IMG/VR virus record: IMGVR_UViG_3300029859_000151
From: a virus
Taxonomy: Duplodnaviria > Heunggongvirae > Uroviricota > Caudoviricetes
Direction: 5' to 3' (one strand)
Length of the DNA: 64,000 nucleotides
The stretch's first letter is position 1, and every line of letters begins with the position of its first letter. Of the stretch, positions 33,989 through 42,643 are shown in pieces. A program made the position numbers and the translations under genes. Under the pieces are notes generated by a model that did not search any database, was not told where the DNA came from, and saw nothing but the letters and a program-made list of their open reading frames with translations.

Positions 33989-34061
33989 CCAGTTAATATT
34001 CTCCTATAGCTCAGTTGGTAGAGCACACGACTGTTAATCGTGTTGTCGTAGGTTCGAGTCC
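33989..34061 (+). tRNA. tRNA-Asn (anticodon GTT)
   Basis: acceptor TCTCCTA/TGGGAGA, D-arm GCTC-AGTTGGTA-GAGC, anticodon stem CACGA/TCGTG with loop CTGTTAA, T-arm GTAGG-TTCGAGT-CCTAC. Confidence 0.8.
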
Positions 34062-34158
34062 TACTGGGAGAGTTAGCAATGTGAACGAGAGCACGGGATA
34101 GTTCTTAAAGCTGCAAATTTACGGGTTCGTAAAGCGAAAAAGCGCATTGCTTAAATAT

Positions 34159-34230
34159 TGCGGAGTAGAGCAGTGGCAGCTCGCAGGGTTCATAACCCTG
34201 AGGTCGCAGGTTCAAATCCTGCCTCCGCCA
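34159..34230 (+). tRNA. tRNA-Met (anticodon CAT), initiator-type
   Basis: 1:72 mismatch (U1 x C72), A11:U24 in the D-stem and three consecutive G:C pairs (GGG/CCC) closing the anticodon stem are the bacterial initiator signatures; anticodon loop TTCATAA; T-arm GCAGG-TTCAAAT-CCTGC. Confidence 0.7.
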
Positions 34231-34248
34231 TTTCAATTAATATAATTT

Positions 34249-34321
34249 ACGCCCAAGGTGATGTGGTTCGTTGCAACTGGCTTATATCCAGCGATTTTGG
34301 GTTCGATTCCTAATGGGCGCA
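34249..34321 (+). tRNA. tRNA-like sequence, possibly tRNA-Ile (TAT) or a degenerate tRNA
   Basis: good acceptor (CGCCCA/TGGGCG, 6/7), T-arm TTGGG-TTCGATT-CCTAA, anticodon stem CTGG/CCAG with loop CTTATAT; the D-arm pairs only via G-U and is non-canonical. Confidence 0.3.
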
Positions 34322-34628
34322 TTAAATTTCTTGGCATTTATCGTTTAGCGATATTGTAAGCCCTGTTACCGCATTTTGGTAGAGCCGACTATATAACGAC
34401 TCTAGTGCGCACGAAACTTAAATGCGGTATATCTATTAAACTCTGTTCCGGATTTCATATGATTTTCGGGACGAAATCCCAATCAAGAGTTTTGAACTGC
34501 AAACAGACGCAAATCAGTTTGGGTTTTAGGAGATATGGGTTTTTCTTATATAAATTATACCAACGCATTCAGTATCCATTATTTTGATGGATATTTTTTA
34601 TTTTTCATTTTTTTCTATTTTTTAAGTA

Positions 34629-34640
34629 TCTGACATATTA
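34629..34640 (+). promoter_or_regulatory. phage promoter motif copy
   Basis: GTATCTGACATATTAAATATGAAATG. Confidence 0.55.
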
Positions 34641-34678
34641 AATATGAAATGTTGATTAAGAAAAAAGGAGATGAAAAA

Positions 34679-36328
34679 ATGGAATGGAGAAAAAATAAAA
34701 ATTTATTAGGAAGTAATGATTTTCTAGCATATGAACAAAATCTTTTTGGGTGTAAAAATCCGGAAGAAAAAGAAACAAAAGAATATAAAATTCCTAATTT
34801 AAAAAAAGTTATAGATCGTATTTTGGAAGCAAAGAAAAATAATGAATTGATTTACACAGTGGGAGATTACGATGCTGATGGAGTGTTTTCTTTAGCAGAA
34901 CTTGATCTGTTGTATAAAGAATTAGGTATTAAAAATTATATTTTGAGAACACCTCGAAGAATATCCGAAGGATATGGATTATCATTTCATATTGTAAAGG
35001 AAATTATTCAGTATGAACCAGGGCTGTGTATTTTAGTTGATAATGGAATTGCCGCTTATGAACAAGTTGAGGAGCTTATTAATTATGGATGGGACATCAT
35101 TATAATGGATCATCATCAGCGTCCAGAAAATAAAGAACTTCCGCCTGCGGATATTATTATTGATCCAGAAGCAATTCCTGGCCAAGCAGATTTTATTCAT
35201 TATTGTGGAGCTGGATTAGTGTATAAGCTTGCAGAAAACATGTCAATTAAAGAAGAAACAAAAAAACAGATTTTATCCTATGCAGCGATTGCGACATGTG
35301 CAGACTGTGTGCCGCTTGTCGATATCGAAATGCATACATATGATAATTGGCTGATTGTTCGTAATGGTTTAAAAAACATAGTAACTCCATCTGGCCGAAC
35401 AAAATCTTTATATGTTTTGCTAAGAAGTATTGGAATTGATTCATATGTTACAGAAAGTGATTTTGGCTTTCGAATTGGACCAATCGTAAATGCTTCCGGT
35501 AGATTGTTTGATGACGGAGCACAAAGAGTACTAGAGTATTTCACAAATAATGATGCAAGTTTTCAAAATATGGAAGAGGTGGCGGCAGAATTAATTGCTA
35601 CAAATAACAAAAGAAAAGATGTTCAGAAAAGTGTACTTGAAAAAGTGAAAGAAAACATCAAAACGCCATCAGCAGGAATTCTTGTTATTTATGAGCCAGA
35701 TATTCCGGAGGGAATTGTTGGATTGGTTGCAGGAGATTTAACCAACAATTACAAAATTCCATCTATTGTCCTTACAAAGGATAGTAATGGAGAATTAAAG
35801 GGATCTTCCAGATCAACAGATAATGTAAATATTATTGAACTTTTATTTAAGTGCCAAAAATATTTGTTAAGATGCGGCGGACATAAAAAAGCAGCAGGAC
35901 TAGGGTTAAGCTTAGAGAATCTGGAGGCATTCAAAAAAGAAATTGAGGTATTGGCTGGGCCTTATGAAAAACCAAGTGATATTGCTTATTATGATTATTC
36001 TATTATGGTAAATGAAGCAAAAGGTTTATGGGAACAAATTGAAAAATATGCTCCTTATGGAGAAGGAAACTCTTATCCATATTTAGAAGTTAAAGATTTC
36101 GATATTTCTGATGCTAAAATTATCGGAGCAACACATAATACGCTTAAGTTGACTGGAAAGAAAGGACTAGGCTTATTTGCCGTTAATTTTACTGGTGTTG
36201 GGAAAGAGGAGTATACAGAATTAGGATTGCCAGAAAAAGTTAATTTATATGGTCAACTATCTGTTAATATGTGGAATGGAAGAACAGAACTACAAATCCG
36301 ATTTGATGAAATGAAAAAGAAAGATTAG
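34679..36328 (+). CDS. RecJ-like DHH/DHHA1 phosphoesterase (ssDNA exonuclease RecJ-like or nanoRNase-like)
   Basis: DHH motifs VGDYDADGV, LVDNG, MDHHQ; DHHA1 GGHKKAAG; ATG at 34679 after AAAAAAGGAGATGAAAAA. Confidence 0.75.
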   Translation: MEWRKNKNLLGSNDFLAYEQNLFGCKNPEEKETKEYKIPNLKKVIDRILEAKKNNELIYTVGDYDADGVFSLAELDLLYKELGIKNYILRTPRRISEGYGLSFHIVKEIIQYEPGLCILVDNGIAAYEQVEELINYGWDIIIMDHHQRPENKELPPADIIIDPEAIPGQADFIHYCGAGLVYKLAENMSIKEETKKQILSYAAIATCADCVPLVDIEMHTYDNWLIVRNGLKNIVTPSGRTKSLYVLLRSIGIDSYVTESDFGFRIGPIVNASGRLFDDGAQRVLEYFTNNDASFQNMEEVAAELIATNNKRKDVQKSVLEKVKENIKTPSAGILVIYEPDIPEGIVGLVAGDLTNNYKIPSIVLTKDSNGELKGSSRSTDNVNIIELLFKCQKYLLRCGGHKKAAGLGLSLENLEAFKKEIEVLAGPYEKPSDIAYYDYSIMVNEAKGLWEQIEKYAPYGEGNSYPYLEVKDFDISDAKIIGATHNTLKLTGKKGLGLFAVNFTGVGKEEYTELGLPEKVNLYGQLSVNMWNGRTELQIRFDEMKKKD

Positions 36329-36349
36329 AAATAGGAAGGAGATTTTTTT

Positions 36350-37012
36350 ATGAAGACAAATACGAAATTAAAAAACATAAAGAGGAAAGAGTCCTTTTGG
36401 GAATTATTTTACGACACATTTAAAGAACAGATTGAATTCGCAATAGGGTGTATAATACTGATTTGTTCGTTTGGTGGAAATTTTTATGCTCTTCGCAAGA
36501 TATATTGTAAAGAAGATATTTTTGCATTAAGTACGTTTGCTATTCTTGCAATGATAGTTGAAATCGTTGGCATCCTATTGATATGGACTGTAATAGAATT
36601 ATTGCATATATGCTATCGATCATTATCATTAATTAACCGCCTCACATATATTCCATTAACATTTGAGGAAATGAAAGCTGTTGGAATTGGCGTAGACTCA
36701 AATAAAGGAATTGAGAAAATGGTCGCTGAAATTATATATTTTTTAGCCGAAAATATTTTATGCGAAAAAACAATTGAGGAAGCTTATGAAGGACGATGTT
36801 TTTTTTCTAATGTGAAATTTGCATTTTATAACAAATGCGAAGAAATTAAAAGCCTTATTCCGTATATGGAAATTATTAAAAATTTAGCGAATTATGATGA
36901 ATTGCAGGAAATTGTTTCATTGCCAATAAATGATGAAAATAAGGAGACGATTATTAAAAAGATAGCAAAATTTCTTCATAATGAAAATAAAAACGACCAT
37001 TCGATAGGTTAA
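36350..37012 (+). CDS. membrane protein (220 aa)
   Basis: RBS GGAAGGAGATTTTTTT-ATG; 2-3 TM helices in the N-terminal half. Confidence 0.5.
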   Translation: MKTNTKLKNIKRKESFWELFYDTFKEQIEFAIGCIILICSFGGNFYALRKIYCKEDIFALSTFAILAMIVEIVGILLIWTVIELLHICYRSLSLINRLTYIPLTFEEMKAVGIGVDSNKGIEKMVAEIIYFLAENILCEKTIEEAYEGRCFFSNVKFAFYNKCEEIKSLIPYMEIIKNLANYDELQEIVSLPINDENKETIIKKIAKFLHNENKNDHSIG

Positions 37013-37020
37013 AAAATCAA

Positions 37021-37060
37021 GAAAGAGAGGAGCGTACTGACATCCTCTCTTTTTTATGGC
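37021..37060 (+). terminator. rho-independent terminator
   Basis: AGAGAGGA-GCGTACTGACAT-CCTCTCTTTTTTATGG. Confidence 0.6.
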
Positions 37061-37087
37061 TATTTTTATAATTAAAATCTGACATAT

Positions 37088-37099
37088 TGTTTTTAAGGA
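37088..37099 (+). promoter_or_regulatory. phage promoter motif copy (variant ..ATATTG)
   Basis: AAATCTGACATATTGTTTTTAAGG. Confidence 0.5.
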
Positions 37100-37172
37100 G
37101 TAGACCGGGAAGGTTCGGTTACTTATATCCGAATAGTTCACGAAGATAAGGAGAAGGAAAAGAGGTGTTTTT

Positions 37173-37508
37173 ATGGTAAAAAACAATTCCATTATTATAA
37201 ATAGTAAAGAATATATTGTAGGACAAAAATATAGAATATTTTCACCTTTAAATGCTCCGTATCTATATGTAAATCCAACTAATTTTGAAAATCAACAGAG
37301 ATTAAAAAATACATTAAAAAACAATAATAATGCTATTAATTATTATGTTGGCCGTTTGGTTCAAATTCCAAGAATGAAAGAGAACGGATATATTGGAAAT
37401 CTTATGTTTTTTGCAATGGATGATGTTATTTATGGAAATGGAGCATATTTACAGGCTGAACCAATCGATATGATTCGAGCCAATATAACAAAAATTAAAA
37501 AATACTAA
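37173..37508 (+). CDS. hypothetical protein (111 aa)
   Basis: RBS GATAAGGAGAAGGAAAAGAGG..ATG. Confidence 0.5.
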   Translation: MVKNNSIIINSKEYIVGQKYRIFSPLNAPYLYVNPTNFENQQRLKNTLKNNNNAINYYVGRLVQIPRMKENGYIGNLMFFAMDDVIYGNGAYLQAEPIDMIRANITKIKKY

Positions 37509-37639
37509 ACAAATTGCATCTGATTTGCAAAATGAAGCAAAAATCGCATATGCATGAATATTAGAAGATGGCGATGAAGTAAGAAGCCACGAAGTCTTTA
37601 TTTTCATGGTAGTTCACAAGAAAGGAACTTTAATACTTT

Positions 37640-38914
37640 ATGGGACAAATTACATATAATACTATTTTTTCTGAAATCCAAAAATATATGCTTATGATGC
37701 AATGGGCCGAAACATTGATTCGATATTTGAAGGATAAGGGATACGCAGAAAATGATGAAAAAATTCTTTCGGCTAATTTTATTAGAAATACCGCATTTAC
37801 GGGATTACTAAGATGTAAATTGGATTATACATACAATGATACAAAAAACGAAATAAAGCTGATGTTAGACAATGTGATTTACTCTTGTCCAACAATTGAA
37901 ATTGTTAAAATTCTGGGAAAGGACGTTTATCAAATTTTAGAAAACGTTAATCCTGAAATCGTGAAACAGGCAGAAATAGAGTTGCAAGAAAAAACATCAT
38001 TATTAGAACGAGTAGAAAAAATAACAAAAACAGCAGAATTAAAAGATATTGAAGAAAACAAAAATAAGAAAGATGAGAATATCAAAGATACTAAACAATA
38101 TGAAAAAGCACCAGATGAAAAATCGAAAAAGAAAAATGGTTTAGCTGCTGATACCATAGTAGAAAACATAGAATTTCCTGCTAAAGAGAGTGACCCTAAA
38201 TCAAAAGAAGAAGAAACAACAAAAAAGCCAGAGAGGGTTAATGCTATCTATAATGACAATATCAAAGAAAATAATCAAAAACGTGAACAAAATGTATCGA
38301 ATAAACCAATTATTCGTGAATTAAGTTTTATGAATGTAGAACAAAAGACAAAGCACTTAAATTCATTTGTATATGAAAAATTTTTAATAAAAACTAAAAA
38401 TGTTGAAAGAACATATATTGCTTTCCCAATTAAGATTTATGAAAATGAAAATAATGCACCTTTTGTTTTGCTAGATATTTCTGATCCTAATAATTATAAG
38501 ACGGTTCCTCTTAACGATAATAAAATGGCTTATTTTACAATAGAAGAAATTGAGTTTTTGGCAAAAATTATATTTGTAAACGGTAAATTCAAAAGTATTG
38601 TCACAGAAAAAAATGGAGAAACACGGGCTTTTTCAATCTCAACAATTGATCATTCTTATTGCCATTCTCAAGAAGTAGGATATGGGCATATATGTTTTAA
38701 GTATCAAAAAGAATATATTCATATTTTCCCATTGGCTTCTCAAAATGATAAGACGGGAAATGCTCCTTTCATATATTTTATTACAGATGAAATGGGGAAG
38801 GTTATTGCAGATCCTCAAAAATATAATATTTCTGAAAAAGTTTTAATTAATGGTAAAGAACTAGAATTACTATGTTATTGGAAAGACCAATTATTGATAA
38901 GCGAATGTTTATAA
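37640..38914 (+). CDS. hypothetical protein (424 aa); paralog A of the 42644 protein
   Basis: N-terminus AFTGLLRCKLDYTYNDTKNEIKLMLDNVIYSCP aligns with IFAGLIREKLNYQYIQNSDDPQKDEIRLVIDGINYDCE of 42644; C-terminus HIFPLASQNDKTGNAP..PQKYNISEKVLINGKELELLCYWKDQLLISE aligns with HVFPLESFNEVGGNGNAK..PYNTKVVFGNGKYSMYNYWDGEYLVSE; K/E-rich low-complexity middle. Confidence 0.55.
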   Translation: MGQITYNTIFSEIQKYMLMMQWAETLIRYLKDKGYAENDEKILSANFIRNTAFTGLLRCKLDYTYNDTKNEIKLMLDNVIYSCPTIEIVKILGKDVYQILENVNPEIVKQAEIELQEKTSLLERVEKITKTAELKDIEENKNKKDENIKDTKQYEKAPDEKSKKKNGLAADTIVENIEFPAKESDPKSKEEETTKKPERVNAIYNDNIKENNQKREQNVSNKPIIRELSFMNVEQKTKHLNSFVYEKFLIKTKNVERTYIAFPIKIYENENNAPFVLLDISDPNNYKTVPLNDNKMAYFTIEEIEFLAKIIFVNGKFKSIVTEKNGETRAFSISTIDHSYCHSQEVGYGHICFKYQKEYIHIFPLASQNDKTGNAPFIYFITDEMGKVIADPQKYNISEKVLINGKELELLCYWKDQLLISECL

Positions 38915-38980
38915 TAAGCAAGAAAATAAGTAAGAAAAGAAGAAATTTAAAGGGGCGCTTTATTTTTTTTCTTTTCTTAT

Positions 38981-38992
38981 ATTTTTTCTATC
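38981..38992 (+). promoter_or_regulatory. phage promoter motif copy
   Basis: CTATCTGACATATTAAATATGAGG. Confidence 0.55.
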
Positions 38993-39043
38993 TGACATAT
39001 TAAATATGAGGCTTAGAAATAAAAGAAAATGGGAGGATTTTTT

Positions 39044-39265
39044 ATGACTATTCCAGTAGCTTTAAGTAAAAGTGAAATTAAGAATTTTGCAAAAAAGTTT
39101 TCATACTATATTGGATTTGTGAATCGAGAAGGCAAAGATGACGAAACAGAACTTGACGCTCTTAGTAAAAAGGATCTCAATGAATTATGGAAATCTTTGC
39201 ATGAAGAATTGAACTGTGAAGTAGATTCTATTACATACATTGAGAGAGTTTCATATGAAGCATAA
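39044..39265 (+). CDS. hypothetical protein (73 aa)
   Basis: ATG after AAAATGGGAGGATTTTTT. Confidence 0.45.
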   Translation: MTIPVALSKSEIKNFAKKFSYYIGFVNREGKDDETELDALSKKDLNELWKSLHEELNCEVDSITYIERVSYEA

Positions 39266-39384
39266 TTAAAAATAAAACAAGGCAGCAAGGCAGGAGAGAA
39301 ATGTTCTTCTGCCTTGTTATTTTTATGTGTTTTTTACGAACGATGCAAATGACTGCAAAGAATCGACAATTTATCGCCGCGCGC

Positions 39385-39497
39385 TCGTGACTTTAGTCAT
39401 GTGAGGCTTCACATTCTACACGGTTAAAACCGTGGAATTTCTCGCCCTAGAAAGATTGTAAAGACGAGTTGATGAAAACAGCTCGTCTTTATTTTAC
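39385..39497 (+). ncRNA. candidate small RNA (three hairpins + intrinsic terminator) in a locally GC-richer non-coding island
   Basis: hairpins TGAC-TTTA-GTCA, ATGTGA-GGCT-TCACAT, ACGG-TTAAAA-CCGT, then terminator AAAGACGAG-TTGATGAAAACAG-CTCGTCTTTATTTT; no ORF. Confidence 0.3.
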
Positions 39498-39502
39498 TTA
39501 AA

Positions 39503-39514
39503 ATCTGACATATT
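39503..39514 (+). promoter_or_regulatory. phage promoter motif copy (variant ..ATATTG)
   Basis: AAATCTGACATATTGATAATAAAT. Confidence 0.5.
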
Positions 39515-39562
39515 GATAATAAATAAAATTATTAAATTGTAAATGAAGATTGGAGAATAATT

Positions 39563-40375
39563 ATGAATAAAAACACATGTTATAAAATTTTAAATGAAAC
39601 ATTGATTGATAAGAAAGAAAAAGACACACCATTTTTACCAGGAATATTATATCGAACAGGATATGAACTAACCAGTACCTTAAATGGATTCCATTATGTT
39701 AAAAAGTTAGAAGATCTTGAACCGTATTTGTCTTGTGAAAATCCATACAAAAATATTGTTTTTGAATGTGAACATGGAGATGAATTTACCAATGATGGCG
39801 TTCTCTTTGCAAGCGACTCTATTCAAATTATCCGAGAAGTACCATTTAATGAAATCATTAAATATGTAAAAATCAATCAGGCAAGATTGAAAACCGAAAA
39901 TCCTAAATTTTTAATCAAACTTGGCTTTTTCCATAAAGAATTCGCAAAAAGCCGAGACGTATCTATTAGGGGATTAGTTGGGAGATGTGGAGATTCTGAA
40001 ATTCGGAAAGAATTGCGTAAGGATTTTAATCCCATAGTTCGGGAACAGGTTGCATTAGCGGGACATTATGAAGATTTGATGATCTTACGAAAGGACCGAA
40101 AAAAAATGGTTCGCGTTGCTGTTGCAAAAGCTGGAAACAGCAGAGTTAATGCATCTATGATCCATGACCCGGCATATGAAGTACGGATAGCTATTTTAGA
40201 TACTGCGGAACCTAAAATCATTAGCTTAATGCGAAAAGACGAAAACTGGCAAGTGCGAATGGCAGTTGTAAATGTTTGCGATATGGAAGGTCTTGAAGAA
40301 CTATGCATGGACAAAAATTATTTAGTAAGAAAAAATGCATGGATGAAAAAAGAAGCATTAAAAGAGAAGGAATAA
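39563..40375 (+). CDS. HEAT-repeat (PBS-lyase HEAT-like) protein
   Basis: C-terminal half contains 5-6 tandem about 30-aa repeats of the form ..VR.AVA.AG/..VR.AIL..../..VRMAVV../..VRKNAW.. Confidence 0.6.
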   Translation: MNKNTCYKILNETLIDKKEKDTPFLPGILYRTGYELTSTLNGFHYVKKLEDLEPYLSCENPYKNIVFECEHGDEFTNDGVLFASDSIQIIREVPFNEIIKYVKINQARLKTENPKFLIKLGFFHKEFAKSRDVSIRGLVGRCGDSEIRKELRKDFNPIVREQVALAGHYEDLMILRKDRKKMVRVAVAKAGNSRVNASMIHDPAYEVRIAILDTAEPKIISLMRKDENWQVRMAVVNVCDMEGLEELCMDKNYLVRKNAWMKKEALKEKE

Positions 40376-40389
40376 ATCCTTCTCTTTTT

Positions 40390-40404
40390 TGTATACCGAA
40401 AAAA
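40390..40404 (+). promoter_or_regulatory. upstream element variant (GTATACCGAAAAAA)
   Basis: 11 nt 5' of the promoter core at 40416. Confidence 0.4.
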
Positions 40405-40415
40405 GAAAAAGGATA

Positions 40416-40427
40416 TCTGACATATTA
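40416..40427 (+). promoter_or_regulatory. phage promoter motif copy
   Basis: GGATATCTGACATATTAAAAATAGG. Confidence 0.55.
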
Positions 40428-40455
40428 AAAATAGGCAAAAAAGAGGAGAAGCAAG

Positions 40456-42573
40456 ATGCAGATAAAAGGTTTTTTAACAAAAGAAATTTTTAGAAATTAT
40501 CAAAACGGATATTCTATTTTTTCATTAAAAACAGATGATAAGACAATAACGTGTGCTGGCATAATACAAAAATTCCCATATTATACACCTTTATGTTTAG
40601 AAGGTGAATATGGACGAAATTCTAAATATCCAGAAACATTCATAATTGATTCTTTTATGGGATGGAATACAACAGAACAAAATGACATTTTATATTTAGC
40701 GAATGGTTTAGATATTAGTGGACTAACAATAAAAAAAGCAGAAAAAATCATAAAAACCTTAAATATGCCTGTGTTTGAAGCTGTCAAAAAAGCTAATTCT
40801 GAAAAAGAATTTGCAACGAAAATACCTAACATTGATCAAAAAATCAGTCATCAAATTTACACAAAAATCAAGCAAACAATAGATTTCCGAACACTTTTCG
40901 ATGAAATTGTTCATGCTGGAGGTAATTATTCTGATGCTATAAAAGTATTTGAAATATATGCAGAAAAAAGTCAAGAAATGTTATTGAAGCATCCATATAT
41001 TGTTGGAACACTTTTGGAATGGAAATTTGATATGTGTGATCAGATAGCAAAAGAACATTCTATCAAAAGTCTATCATTAGAAAGAGCAAAAGGAATTTGC
41101 AAATATATTATGACACAATCTTTAAATGACGGAAATACATATGTGACACTTGAAGAATTTTCATATAGAGCAAATCATCTTTTAGCAAACAGCCCATTAG
41201 GAACAGTCCCAATTTCATTTTTGCTATCATTTTTACTTACTGAAAAACAATATGTGCATCATGTGAGAAAGGGAGAAATGCGATTTGCATTAAAAACTGT
41301 TCACGATAATGAAAATATTCTTGTGAAAAACATTTCAAGATTATCACAAACCTCAAAAACATATAATTTTGATGAAAAAGCAATCGAAAGCATTGAAAAG
41401 GAAACTAACATTAATTTTTCAAATGAGCAAAAGAAATCTTTTGATTCTTTAAAAACATCAGGAATCAAAATTATTACAGGGGGTCCTGGATGTGGAAAGA
41501 CGACAACGATTGATGGCTTAATTCACTACATTAAAGAAGTATACAAAGAAGATGTTTGTTTATGTGCTCCAACAGGATGTGCAGCACAGCATATGGCAGA
41601 AAAATCGGGAATGCAAGCAAGTACATTTCATTATTTATTAGGTATCAGACCGTTTGACACAGGTTGTATTCCTGATTTTAATAGTCAGGCTCAACTTCCT
41701 TATCATTTTTTTATCATTGACGAATTCTCTATTGCAGATATTGAGATGACAGCATTGTTATTTGATGCGATTCCTAATGATTCTTGCATAATTATTGTTG
41801 GAGATCCAGATCAGTTAGAAAGTGTTGGACCAGGAAATGTTTTAGAAGATTTTATTACTTCTGGGCTTTTTGAAGTATATCATTTGAATACAATCTTTAG
41901 GCAAAAGAAAGGTTCAAACATTATTCTAAATGCCAAAAAAGCAGCGGTAGGAAATTCAGAATTTACCGAAGGAGAAGACTTTGCCTTAAAACATTTTGAT
42001 AATGAAATGGATGCTGTAAATGCCTGTATTTCGTATTCACTGCAAAAAGAAGAAGGGGAATGCCAGGTGCTTTCTCCCATGAAAAAAGAAAAAGCCGGGA
42101 CAAAATATTTAAATAAAGCAATTCAATCGATTCGACATAAAGGCGAAATGGGAGCGAAAGTATACGGAGACAATGAGTTTTATGTTAATGATCGAATCAT
42201 AACTATAAAAAATAATCGAAAAGATAATTATTTTAATGGAGAACCAGGAATTGTGAAATTTATTGATGATGAAGGAATGTTGCTTCGCTTTGATAATGGA
42301 GATGAAATTTATTTAAAAAATTCAGCATTAGATGAAGTAATCCCGTCCCACGCATTAACAATTCATAAATCTCAGGGAAGCGAATATCCCGAAGTTGCAA
42401 TTCTATTGACAGAAAATGCCAAAAGAATGATTAATCGTAAGATTTTATATACCGCGATCACAAGAGCAAAAGAAAAGGTTAGCATTTTTTATCAAGATGG
42501 CGTTTTGGGACAAATTCCTGCATCAAAGAAGAGGCATACAGAATTATCGGACGAACTGATACTGCTGTATTAA
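40456..42573 (+). CDS. RecD2-like SF1B DNA helicase
   Basis: motif I ITGGPGCGKTTTI, Ia LCAPTGCAAQHM, II FFIIDEFSIAD, III IIIVGDPDQLESVGPG, V/VI ALTIHKSQGSEYPEVAI .. YTAITRAKEKV; N-terminal OB/HhH-like region. Confidence 0.8.
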   Translation: MQIKGFLTKEIFRNYQNGYSIFSLKTDDKTITCAGIIQKFPYYTPLCLEGEYGRNSKYPETFIIDSFMGWNTTEQNDILYLANGLDISGLTIKKAEKIIKTLNMPVFEAVKKANSEKEFATKIPNIDQKISHQIYTKIKQTIDFRTLFDEIVHAGGNYSDAIKVFEIYAEKSQEMLLKHPYIVGTLLEWKFDMCDQIAKEHSIKSLSLERAKGICKYIMTQSLNDGNTYVTLEEFSYRANHLLANSPLGTVPISFLLSFLLTEKQYVHHVRKGEMRFALKTVHDNENILVKNISRLSQTSKTYNFDEKAIESIEKETNINFSNEQKKSFDSLKTSGIKIITGGPGCGKTTTIDGLIHYIKEVYKEDVCLCAPTGCAAQHMAEKSGMQASTFHYLLGIRPFDTGCIPDFNSQAQLPYHFFIIDEFSIADIEMTALLFDAIPNDSCIIIVGDPDQLESVGPGNVLEDFITSGLFEVYHLNTIFRQKKGSNIILNAKKAAVGNSEFTEGEDFALKHFDNEMDAVNACISYSLQKEEGECQVLSPMKKEKAGTKYLNKAIQSIRHKGEMGAKVYGDNEFYVNDRIITIKNNRKDNYFNGEPGIVKFIDDEGMLLRFDNGDEIYLKNSALDEVIPSHALTIHKSQGSEYPEVAILLTENAKRMINRKILYTAITRAKEKVSIFYQDGVLGQIPASKKRHTELSDELILLY

Positions 42574-42592
42574 AATAATTTTAGTAAAGATA

Positions 42593-42604
42593 TCTGACAT
42601 ATTA
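42593..42604 (+). promoter_or_regulatory. phage promoter motif copy
   Basis: GATATCTGACATATTAAATTATAG. Confidence 0.55.
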
Positions 42605-42643
42605 AATTATAGAATATACAATGTATAGAAAGGAGATTGCATT

